From Rhizophagus irregularis (taxonomy: Eukaryota), in contig NC_089434.1 of the NCBI RefSeq assembly GCF_026210795.1, positions 2,108,001 through 2,172,000 on the forward strand: a DNA stretch of 64,000 nucleotides, given 5' to 3'. This document shows, piece by piece, positions 15,624-26,233 of the stretch. The first letter of the stretch is position 1; the number at the start of each line of letters is the position of its first letter. The position numbers were made by a program, and so were the translations under genes. A model generated the notes under the pieces. The model was not told where the DNA came from. It made no database searches and was given only the letters and a program-made list of their open reading frames with translations.

Positions 15624-15759
15624 ATCTGATTATCATAGATGTATATAACATCATATTCATTAGAAAAACTAAAATAGAGTTTTAGAATTTATTATATATT
15701 GTATTTACTGTACATGAATAAAACAAAAAAAATATTTTTTGTACATACATGAAATTTAT

Positions 15760-18008
15760 TTTTTTAATTTTTTAACATGAATATGTTGTGGTTTGGAGTA
15801 TTTATCTATAGTACCCTTTTGAGCAAAATACAACGATCTATTTTCATAATGTAAAATCTCAAAAATAGCTGATTTTCTTTCTATACCCTTTCCGCCATCT
15901 TTCATTATTTTTCAAAAAAATGCAGAAACTACATCGTAATTTTTTTTTTCAACAGGAGCACATGAAAAAGCACTTAATCCAAACTTCTGATGTTGTTCCA
16001 TAAATTTGGGTAAATGGTGAACTAAAACATGCATGTAAGGTGTTACATCTTTTGGACGATATAAACCTATCTTGAAAGTAATAGTATTGGGCTCACCTTG
16101 GAAGGGAGTAAGAAACAAATCTAACCATTGCTTTGCCTGGTCTGCAAAGTGACTTGGATTAATTTTTTGAGATTTCATATTATTATAAAGTTCATAAAAA
16201 TTTCTCCATAATTGGTTGATTAAAAATGCACGTTCTTCAGCAAAAACAACTCGAAAATTAAAGTTTTTTAATACTTTTTCCTTATCTTCTCCCATTAAAG
16301 ATGTATAAGACCAATTTTGCGTTCCCTGTTCCTGCCAAAAATTGAATGAAATTGAAATCCTACGCATTTCGGCAAAAATCTTTGCTCTTGCTAAATCATT
16401 AAATCGATTTTGTGTTTTGAGTTCTTGTAGTACTAAATCCCATAACCTATCCCAAATTCGCAACATTATGTGTAACTCGTCTGGAACATAGTGACTTAAA
16501 GGAATCATTTGAAGTAAAGGAGATTTAACATGCCCTGGTGATGGCTTTAACTTAATTTGATCCATAGTTTTTTCAATAACACAAACCTTGTGTTTATTTC
16601 CAATATTCTCTTTTGTACAAAGGCATCAAGGGCAAAAATGTTTTGAATTGGAAGCATTAAAGCCAAGTACAATTGCCATAAATTTCCAATCACTACTAAA
16701 ATATGGATTGATTGTCCATATTGTACCATTTGAATCTCTTAATCCATTCAATACCAAATCATTTAATTTGTTAGATATTGGTTCTATCATTCTTTGTATT
16801 TATTCATAATTTTCAGTTCCTGGATATAAAATAATTGTATAATGATAATCAAATTTATGCAGGTTCGCAATATCATCTAATATTACACATGTAATAATCA
16901 CATGTTTAACCTTACGTCCTACGTTCCTCCCATCACCAAATATTCGTAAATTAATAATTGGATTATCAGAATTAATAACACGTCGATTTATAAGATCTGG
17001 AAGTATAAAAAGTAAAATATCTGTAATTCTGCGATATCCAGCTTTACCAATATACTTCAAAACTTCCTCTATGATTTCTGGATCATTAATATCCGGATTT
17101 TCATTAATTGGAGTAGGAGATAGTTGATTTGATATATTTAAAATTGATATAGGAATTGTATTATTCATTTCCTCATTAATTCTTTTTTTTGTTTTATAGA
17201 TAGTAGTTTCACATGGTAATTCAGGCTGTAATGCAGCTAGGTTTCGATATGAATCTCGTGCAATAGGCCTCTGATCTATTACTTTAGTAAATGCCTCATT
17301 TCATTGATTTTCTTTTTCTTTATTTTGATTTCCAAAACTAGCTTGAAAGTTTTTGTCTTGAACAGTAAAGCAAATTTTTTGAAGTGTTGGACAATCATCA
17401 GAATGAAAATATTTAGCTGCTGTATTTGTGAAGTTAACTGCCAATTGTTCATTAAACACATATACTCTTTTATTTTCATAGAGTTGCTCAACTTATTAAA
17501 AGGTTTGAGCATATGAGATCTACGTTTTCTTTCACGCTCCCTTTCTAGCTTCTGACTATTAAGGCAAAATACATGTACCCCAGAAAGACGAGCTTGAGTA
17601 TTGGGTTTCTTTATCTATTTGAAAGTTAACATTAATTTAAATATAAAATGGTATCAATATATTTAATTTAATACAACTTACTTGTAAATAAAAATTTGCT
17701 GCCTTTGTTGCTGAGTGTATGGATTCTACACTTGCTTGAAAATTTTCTCCAAATGAAATTTTAAAAACTGGTATTTTCTCTATATAAATAATTCCACATT
17801 GTATTATATGTTTAGAAGAACCTCTGCCCCAACTTGTTTGTATTAAATAGTTATCTGGAATCTTAAACTGTGTGTTATTACATGAACGAGCAGAAGTGTA
17901 ACAAAGTATATCATTTTGAGGATAATATCCTTCTTTAATAATCGTATAAGTATATTGAATACCATTTTGATTAAGTACAATAATGTTAGAGGCAGGATAA
18001 GTAGACAT
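15760..18008 (-). pseudogene. RAG1/Transib/Chapaev-like transposase with N-terminal FYR-like domain; one intron (~17615-17681), frameshifts
   Basis: Ordered motifs IFGDGRNVG, FSSDWKF, NASNSKHFCP.CLC, VPDELHIMLR, TPYMHVLVHH, FSCAPVEKKN parallel RAG1 CDG, YDEK, CTLC, DALH, YFHKTLAH and SEGNESGNK. Confidence 0.65.
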
Positions 18009-18539
18009 TTTAAGCTAGCTAAGTAGAAAAAGTGCGCGTAAATTTATTTATGTTATTATCATTATTATTAAATCATTAAACTATGAAATAGATCAAATTT
18101 TAGTGTATTACAAGATATTTCATATTAACCAATCAAAGAGGTGCCAATTTAAATGACTGCACATGTGGTTGTACTACAAAAATGTGGGGTTATCCCTAAA
18201 AAAATTAGGGTTAGTGTTAAGATACGCGCATATGTTTAATAGATTATCATGTGCTCTATCAGTTTCTTAAATTAGTTTTTCGTTTTACTAATAATTTTTT
18301 TTTTCTTACATATACATGAAGTTTATTTTAAAAAACACACTTTTTTTGAGATCCTTTTAAAGGTAAGAAGAAAAATGTAGTTTTAACAACAGAAATATAT
18401 GTAATTTTGCGAGAAAAGAAAGTTTTTATAAATTCCAATATTGGTTATTCAAACAGATTTTGCATAAACTTTAAAAAATCAAAATTTTATATTATTTCTT
18501 AAGTACGCAAATTTTTTTAAAGTAGTAGTTTTAGCAATT

Positions 18540-19200
18540 TTGACATAAACATATCACCTTTATATATTAAGTAAAAATTGTTCAGCGATATCAAAACTAC
18601 TTGCAACTCAATTTTCATTAAATTTCATTTAATAGTTTGTTAAGTTATTTGTATTTTTATAATAATGCTAACTTTAAATTTGTTATTTTTTCTGTTTAGT
18701 AATTTCAGAGCGTATTTAGGCACTTTATTCATAAGCAAATCGCCTTTGTTTATTAAGTGAAAATTGTTTAGCGAGGTCGAAACTACTTGAATTTCAATTT
18801 ATACGAAATGTTAGCCAATATTTATGAAGCTACTGATGTTATTCATAACACAATTAATTTCAACTTTTTGCACACAATCAGTTACTTCAGAACGTAATTT
18901 AGACACTTTGGTCATAAGATAATCACCTTCGTGTATTAAGTGATAATTGTTTAATGAGGTCGATTCCATATGTATTTCAATTTTCATAAGTTTTTAATCA
19001 GTACTTATGGAAATATTAACGTTCATTTATTATCTATTCATTTAATACATTCAGAGCGTAATTTAGGTACTTTGGTTATAAGAGAATCGCCTTTGTGTAT
19101 TAAGTGAGAATTGTTCAGTGGGGTCGAAACTAATTGTATATTGAATTTTGTTAATTTTCGTTTGATATTTGTGAAGCTATTGATGTTTTACGTAATGGTA
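18540..19200. repeat. Degenerate ~180-bp tandem repeat, about 4 copies
   Basis: Core tc(a/g)cctt.gtgtattaagtga.aattgtt...gg.cga recurs at ~18553, 18740, 18922 and 19087. Confidence 0.7.
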
Positions 19201-19803
19201 TAGATTTTCGAAACTTTATTTTCTTTTATTTGTAATATAAAAAAACATTAATTTCAAATGAAGATCCAACTTGAAAACTCAGTTTGAGTAATGAATTTTT
19301 TTTTAATAAATCTGTAGAAATGATCAATAAGTTTATTTTGCTTTTTAAATTAAAGTGTTATATTATATAAATATAATGTTATATTTGACATGTATTTTTC
19401 TAAATTTAATTAAATTTATGCCGGAATTATGGATTTGGCCAGAATTAAGAAAATTTTGGCCGGAATTACAATTTAAAAATCATCAATTTTAACCAATTAA
19501 AATTAATTTAACCGATTTTAATATATATATATACTAAATATTCAATAAGTAAGCTGTGCCACAATTTTTATTATATCAATCATAATAACAAAAATTAGGG
19601 TGTTACATGCGCATTGGTTGATAATAGAATAATCAAATTTAAATTGCAAAATATAGAAAATAGATTTATTTACATTATTGAATTATCATGTTTTTTATTT
19701 TTTATTAACGGGAGCATGAATTATCACGTTTTTTGTCTTACCAATCTACTTTTAACACGTTTTCTCTCTAAATTTAAATATGATCGTCAATTTAATTCCA
19801 GTT

Positions 19804-21330
19804 TTAAACTATGTTGCGATCTTCATTTTCTTTGTAATAATCGTTTTCACTCTCACTTTCATTACCTTCATCTTCTGATCCACTTTCATCACCTTTATCT
19901 TCTAATCCACTTTCATCATCACTTTTACTTTCCAATTCACTTCCACTTTCTGATTCGCTTTCACTACTATTTTCATTTTCTTCAATACCTTTTCCTCTGT
20001 TATTTATCTCTTGCACTTTATTAAAATCAAAAATTAGGCTATCTTCTGACCCATCCAAAGAATTTGAAACACCGCAACACTTGAATGAACGCCTAATCAT
20101 GTTGGTATCCACAGAATCCCAGCTTTCTTTAATCCAATTTACCACTAATGAATAGGAAGGCCTTTTGATTTTGCCAGATGGGGTGTAATCCTTGATGGCA
20201 TCATTCATCCAATTATTATAAAGATGTCGCACCTATTATTATTTACAAAATTAATTTAATTTATTAAAATAATAATAAAAAATGAATTATCATACCTTAG
20301 ATTTAAAGGACTTGTTCAACGAAACATCAAGTGGTTGTAAATGGGATGTTAAACCACCTGGAATAATGGCTATATCAGTATGTTTTTTGTGAAATCGATT
20401 TTTTACAGCAGACGTTTTATGAGCAGTAAAAGAATCCAGTATTAAAAGAGATCTTGGATTTGCTCCGCATCTTGTGCGTTGTGTCCAAACATTTTCAATC
20501 CACCAAATCATCTCACTTTCATTCATCCAACCTTCTTTATTAGCTCGGATAATCACTCCATCAGGAAACTCCTCACGTGGAACGTTTACAAGTTTGAAAA
20601 TAATTACTGGTGGTAATTTTATTCCATCCGCTGTGCAGGCCAAAAACACTGTAAAATTAGAGCGCTTATGTCCAGTTGATAAAATTGAAATAGTTTTAGT
20701 ACCACGTTGTTCAACTGTAGTATTATTTGGTAAGTTAAAAGACATAGGTGTTTCATCCATGTTTGCAATTAAAGATAATGGATATTGATGTTTTCTTCGA
20801 CGAAATAGAACATAGGACAAAATTCACTTTGCAAACCAACATAATTTTCTGGAAGTTTCTGAGATATTGTTGTTTTTCTTCTATTAACTAAATTATGCCA
20901 GCTCATAAAGCCATCAACCCATTTTTGCGAAAGTTTCACATTCTTTATGTCGGGATACTCTTCTTGATACACTTGCTTTTTAGATAAAGAACGTGCCTTT
21001 GCTTGAATCATATATCACGTGACAACCTTTAATTGACTCTGAGACTCTCTAAACCATTTCATAAGTTCAACTTCAAGTTGTGGATACTTTGGACGTGCAC
21101 CTGTAGTGAGTTTTTGAATATAAGGAGCTGCTTTTAAAAGGCGTTCTTTATTACTAATCTATTCCCGAAGTTGTTTAGGCTCAATATTAAATTTATCTGC
21201 AGTTGATCGTTTGCTGTGACCTCATTTGTAATACGTAATCACCATTAGTTTCTCCTGTGCTGACCACTGGTGACGTCTTTTTGTTATAACATTAGCACGA
21301 CGTTTATGAAAATTTCCATGAACCATATTT
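19804..21330 (-). pseudogene. pogo/Tigger (CENP-B-like) DDE transposase, degenerate
   Basis: HTH-psq RHQWSAQEKL, CENP-B HTH PKYPQLEVEL..IQAKAR, DDE_1 motifs IANMDETP, LLILDSFTAH, LQPLDVSLNKSFK, RRSFKCCG, acidic tail; stops and a frameshift. Confidence 0.9.
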
Positions 21331-22018
21331 CTGAAAATATAAATTTTATAAAAATTTCTTAATGTTTTTCAAAGGTGTAAAGAAATTTCATAAAACATGA
21401 AATTAATAGAAAGAAAATTATATTTCCAACTTTCCTTAAAATAAGATTCAGTTACTATCATGATCTATGCATCTAAATAAATAAAATGTTTAGTTCTAAC
21501 AGTTTTTATAACAGTATTTAATAAATATGATTATTTTCCTTGAACATAAAATAGTCATCCCGAAAATGTAAATTGTAAGTAGTATTATTTCATAATCAGA
21601 TATTTAGCATATTTACGGTATTCCCCCTTTAATGATTATTGAATACAGAATATCAAATCTTTCTAGATTTTTCTGAATAAAAATTTCTCCCAACAATATT
21701 AAAATAAAATCCATTTGTTACGGTATATTATACTTTCAGGATCAGCCATACTGTACGCTTATTTAACTCAATTTTTGTTCACGGTAATAAAACCTCCTTT
21801 TTTTACAATTATTAAATATACTACAAATACCAAGTTATTCTGCAATTTTTCTCAACATAAAAATTATTTTGAGCATGAAAAATCCATAAAAATTGCAATT
21901 GAATAGCATTCATTTGTTTTATATATATTTTAAGATTGGTTGTGTAGCATAAATAGCATAAATAAGTGTTACAAAATACCCCTGAAGTATAATACCCCAC
22001 TTATAGTATCCTACCGTT

Positions 22019-25000
22019 TAGAGGTATGCTCTGAATCTGGTCAATCCGGATATCCGGTCATCCATCCGAAATTTGACCGGATTCGGATTGATCCGGATGA
22101 TTCATTGGATTGACCGGATGGATCATTGGATATCCGGTCAATACTTGCTCACCAATTTGACCAGATGGTTAACCGGATATCTGAATAATCCGGTCAATCC
22201 AGTTTTTTCTACTTAATACTTTTTATTAATATTAATTAACAATTAGAATTTTATAATAATAAACATAGTATTTATTTTTACATTATTACAAATGATTTTT
22301 AACAAATTAGTTGACACAATATTTATAAAAAGTTTAAGATTTAGAAGTCCAAGAAGGTGTCTCCCTAAAAAAAAGAAGCAAAAGGAACGTTAATTACGTT
22401 CCTAAAAATAAAAAAACAAAAATACATTTCCCCCAACTTACCTTTATAACCCATGCTGAAATCCAGGTCCAAGAGGCGTCCTCCTAAAGAATGAAGCAAA
22501 AGGAACGTTAGTTATGTTCCTAAAGACAAAAAAAAAAGATAAAAACCCTTCCCCAACTTACTTTAATAGCCTAAGCCGAAATCCAGGTCCAGGAAGGGCG
22601 TCACCTAAAGAAAAGAAACAAAAGGAACGTTAATTACGTTCCCAAAGACAAAAAAAACTCAAAAATAACCTCCCCAACTTACCTTTATGAAATCCAAATC
22701 CGGGAGGGCGTCTCCTAAAGAAAAGAAGCAAAAGGAACGTTAATGACGTTCCTAAAGACAAAAAAAAAGATAAAACACCCTCCCAACTTACTTTAATAGC
22801 CCAAGCTGAAATCCAGGTCCAGGAAGGGCGTCACCTAAAGAAAAGAAGCAAAAGGAACGTTAATTACGTTCCCAAAGACAAAAAAAACTCAAAAATAACC
22901 TCCCCAACTTACCTTTATGAAATCCAAATCTGGGAGGACGTCACCTAAAAAAAAGAAGCAAAAGAAACGTTAATTACGTTCCCAAAGACAAAAAAAACTC
23001 AAAAATAATCTCCCCAACTTACCTTTATGAAATCCAAATCCGGGAGGACGTCTCCTAAAGAAAAGAAGCAAAAGGAACGTTAATGATGTTTCTAAAGACA
23101 AAAAAAAAAGATAAAACACCTTCCCAACTTACTTTAATAGCCCAAGCCAAAATCCAGGTCCAGGAAGGGCGTCACCTAAAAAAAAGAAGCAAAAGGAACA
23201 TTAATTATGTTCCCAAAGACAAAAAAAACTCAAAAATAACCTCCCCAACTTACCTTTATGAAATCCAAATCCGGGAGGGCGTCTCCTAAAGAAAAGAAGC
23301 AAAAGGAACGTTAATGACGTTCCTAAAGACAAAAAAAGATAAAACACCCTCCCCAACTTACTTTAATAGCCCAAGCCGAAATCCAGGTTAGGAATGGCAT
23401 CACCTAAAGAAAAGAAGCAAAAGGAACGTTAGTTACGTTCTCAAAGACAAAAAAAACCCAAAAATAACCTCCCCAACTTACTTTAATAGCCCAAGCCGAA
23501 ATCCAGGTTAGGAAGGACGTCACCTAAAGAAAAGAAGCAAAAGGAACGTTAATGACGTTCCTAAAAAAAAAATAAGCAAAACACCCTCCCTCAACTTACT
23601 TTAATAGCCCAAGCCGAAATCCAGATCCAGGAAGGGCGTCACCTAAAGAAAAGAAGCAAAAGGAACGTTAATTACGTTCCCAAAGACAAAAAAAAACCCA
23701 AAAATAACCTCTCCAACTTACTTTAATAGCCCAAGCTGAAATCCAGATTAGGAATGGCGTCACCTAAAGAAAAGAAGCAAAAGGAACGTTAATGACGTTC
23801 CTAAAGATAAAAAAAAAACAAAAATTAACTTCCCCAACTTACTTTAATAGCCCAAGCCGAAATCAAGGTCCAGGAAGGCGTCACCTAAAGAAAAGAAGCA
23901 AAAGGAACGTTAATTACGTTCCCAAAGACAAAAAAAACTCAAAAATAACCTCCCCAACTTACTTTAATAGCCCAAGCCGAAATCCAGGTTAGGAAGGGCG
24001 TCACCTAAAGGAAAGAAGCAAAAGGAACGTTAATGACGTTCCTAAAGACAAAAAAAAAAATAAAACACCCTCCCCAACTTACTTTAATAGCCCAAGCCAA
24101 AATCCAAATCCAGGAAGGGCGTCACTTAAAGAAAAGAAGCAAAAGGAACGTTAATGACGTTCCTAAAAAAAAAATAAGCAAAACACCCTCCCTCAACTTA
24201 CTTTAATAGCCCAAGTCGAAATCCAGATCCAGGAAGGGCGTCACCTAAAGAAAAGAAGCAAAAGGAACGTTAATTACGTTCCCAAAGATAAAAAAAAACT
24301 CAAAAATAACCTCCCCAACTTACTTTAATAGCCCAAGCCGAAATCCAGGTTAGGAAGGGCGTCACCTAAAGAAAAGAAGCAAAAGGAACGTTAATGACGT
24401 TCCTAAAGACAAAAAAAAAATAAAAATTAATTTCCCCAACTTACTTTAATAGCCCAAACTGAAATCCAGGTCTAGGAAGGGCGTCACCTAAAGAAAAAAA
24501 GCAAAAGGAACATTAATGACGTTCCCAAAGACAAAAAAAAACCCAAAAATACCCTCCCCCAACTTACCTTTATGAAATCCAAATCCGGGAGGGCGTCTCC
24601 TAAAGAAAAAAAGCAAAAGGAACATTAATGACGTTCCCAAAGACAAACAAAAAATCAAAATTACCCTCCCCCAACTTACCTTTATAGCCCAAGCCGAAAT
24701 TGAGTTCCAGGCAGGCGTCCCCTAAAGAAATGAAGTAAAGGAACGTTTAGTGACATTTCCAAGACAAAAGAAAAAGAAATTTACACTTACTTTTCGAAAT
24801 TCAAGCCGTCCAAGTCGTTCCGAAGTCCAAGTTCAAGTCCATCCTAAAGAAAAAAAGGTGTTTTTTTTTTAAAAAAAAACATTTATGTTAAAAAAAAAAA
24901 AAAAAGTTATGAATTTGACCAGATTATCTGATCAATCCGGTCAATCCGGTCATCCGTGTAACATCTGATCAATCCGATGTTATCCAACGGATCCATCCGG

Positions 25001-25094
25001 ATTATCCGCAATCCGTTCATTCTTAATCCGGATGATCCGTTTTTTGATCGGATCGGATGACGGATTGAACAGATTTCACCAGAGCACACCTCTA
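22019..25094. mobile_element. hAT-like non-autonomous element carrying a tandem array
   Basis: TIR TAGAGGTATGCTCTG / CAGAGCACACCTCTA. Dense subterminal ATCCGG/CCGGAT motifs at 22040-22200 and 24915-25080. No TSD match. Confidence 0.75.
22350..24850 (-). repeat. Tandem array of about 21 units of 110-121 bp, each resembling a micro-exon plus a GT-AG intron on the minus strand
   Basis: Unit gtcacctaaagaaaagaagcaaaaggaacgttaat(g/t)acgttcc.aaagac(a)n...ccccaacttactttaatagcccaagccgaaatccaggtccaggaagggc. Confidence 0.9.
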
Positions 25095-25222
25095 GTCCTT
25101 ATAAAAAAAAATGCAAGGATATCTGATGATAAGGTTACATGGTCATCAGCCCTTGTTGTTGAAAAATACAAAAAAAAAATATAAATCTGCAAGTACAAAA
25201 TGATTACTCCTGTTGAGTATAT

Positions 25223-25627
25223 TCATACCACTCCCAGTCCCCAAGGATCGCCTCCCCATTTTTGTTCACTTAATGCATACTCTATGGTTTCCCTTTCCTG
25301 GGGGTCTACGACCATCCCATTCCTAAGCATTTTCCCCATAATATAAAGCTGATTCTTGGTAAGGCGGTCTATCCATCTTTTATAGAAGTCGTTTACATCT
25401 TCAAACGTTATCCAGTCAATTTCCCTCTTTATATAATGCTTTCCGAGAGCTCGGATTTTTCAGTACACATCCCCGATCATAATGGCATAATTTTTCCACC
25501 TCTTATATGCCTCTCAACAAACCTCCTGCCACCACACACTATCTACTTTACTTGCTGCAATAAGGTCAGTATCCGGGATCTTTGCGACAATGCGTTCGAC
25601 TATTTCTACTGGTAATCGGTCCAACAT
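25223..25627 (-). pseudogene. Small F-box-like protein (two internal TGA)
   Basis: Manual translation MLDRLPVEIVERIVAKIPDTDLIAASKVDSVWWQEV fits the F-box pattern L..LP.EI...I...L...DL.....V...W. Confidence 0.55.
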
Positions 25628-25720
25628 GATGTTATGTTACTTATACTATAGCTATCTTCAATTACTGTATGCCCATTACACATGGATAAAAAATATAAAC
25701 TAAATTCATACAGGAGCCAC

Positions 25721-26191
25721 TTATGCAAGAAGTTCTGCTAAGGTTTTCTCAGCCTCATTCATAGTGACAGCTCGCTTTGGGGGACCTGTTGATGAGTCCT
25801 TAGTTACATTATAATACAACTCGAAGAGAGCTTCAAGTTTGTCTAGAAGAGCTTGTTTATTCTTGTATGATTCATGAATCTTTGCTATCTTAGCAGTATA
25901 TGCTGCATTATCTGGGAAGAGTTTTCTGGCCATGAACTTCACATATGATACAGGAGACTTTGCTGTCTGGATTCTCTTGATATACTTCACATGATCCTGG
26001 ACAAGGTAGCTGGTTTTGCTAAACCCAGATACTAATGCGACTACTATAGTGTCTTTCAATGCACGGATAATCTTGAGGACAGTTTCATCAGAGACAATGG
26101 TGAACTGATTGCGTGTTGCATCATAAATAACTTCATCACTAATGCTGTCAGTGCTGTTAATAATGCTTGCTAATTTGGTATATGTTGACAT
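25721..26191 (-). CDS. Hypothetical 156-aa protein of the pPolB module
   Basis: Intact ORF with ATG, co-oriented and directly downstream of the polymerase. No motif recognised. Confidence 0.6.
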   Translation of the reverse strand: MSTYTKLASIINSTDSISDEVIYDATRNQFTIVSDETVLKIIRALKDTIVVALVSGFSKTSYLVQDHVKYIKRIQTAKSPVSYVKFMARKLFPDNAAYTAKIAKIHESYKNKQALLDKLEALFELYYNVTKDSSTGPPKRAVTMNEAEKTLAELLA

Positions 26192-26233
26192 GATTCCTTA
26201 TACTTTTTTGTACTTTGTAATAAATAGGAATCT

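Larger units (their letters stand above)
14614..18234. mobile_element. RAG1/Transib-like DNA transposon with two convergent genes
   Basis: Perfect 14-bp TIR CATATGCGCGTATC / GATACGCGCATATG enclosing both genes. No clean TSD. Confidence 0.75.
12587..19620. mobile_element. Putative TIR element hosting the retroposon and the RAG-like element
   Basis: CAGTCACCGCGCATGTAACA versus the reverse complement of the right end, CAACCAATGCGCATGTAACA. ATAA lies on both flanks. Confidence 0.4.

Noticed and set aside
23083..23992. Lys-rich ORFs 23083-23289 and 23792-23992
   Set aside because: Chance translations of the tandem array on the strand opposite the splice signals.
22350..24850. CRISPR array (regular spacing, palindromic core)
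   Set aside because: The sequences between palindromes are themselves repeated, so there are no unique spacers. The context is eukaryotic and no cas genes are present.
25120..25170. Hammerhead ribozyme (CTGATGA ... GAAA)
   Set aside because: The core words are present but the required flanking stems could not be formed.
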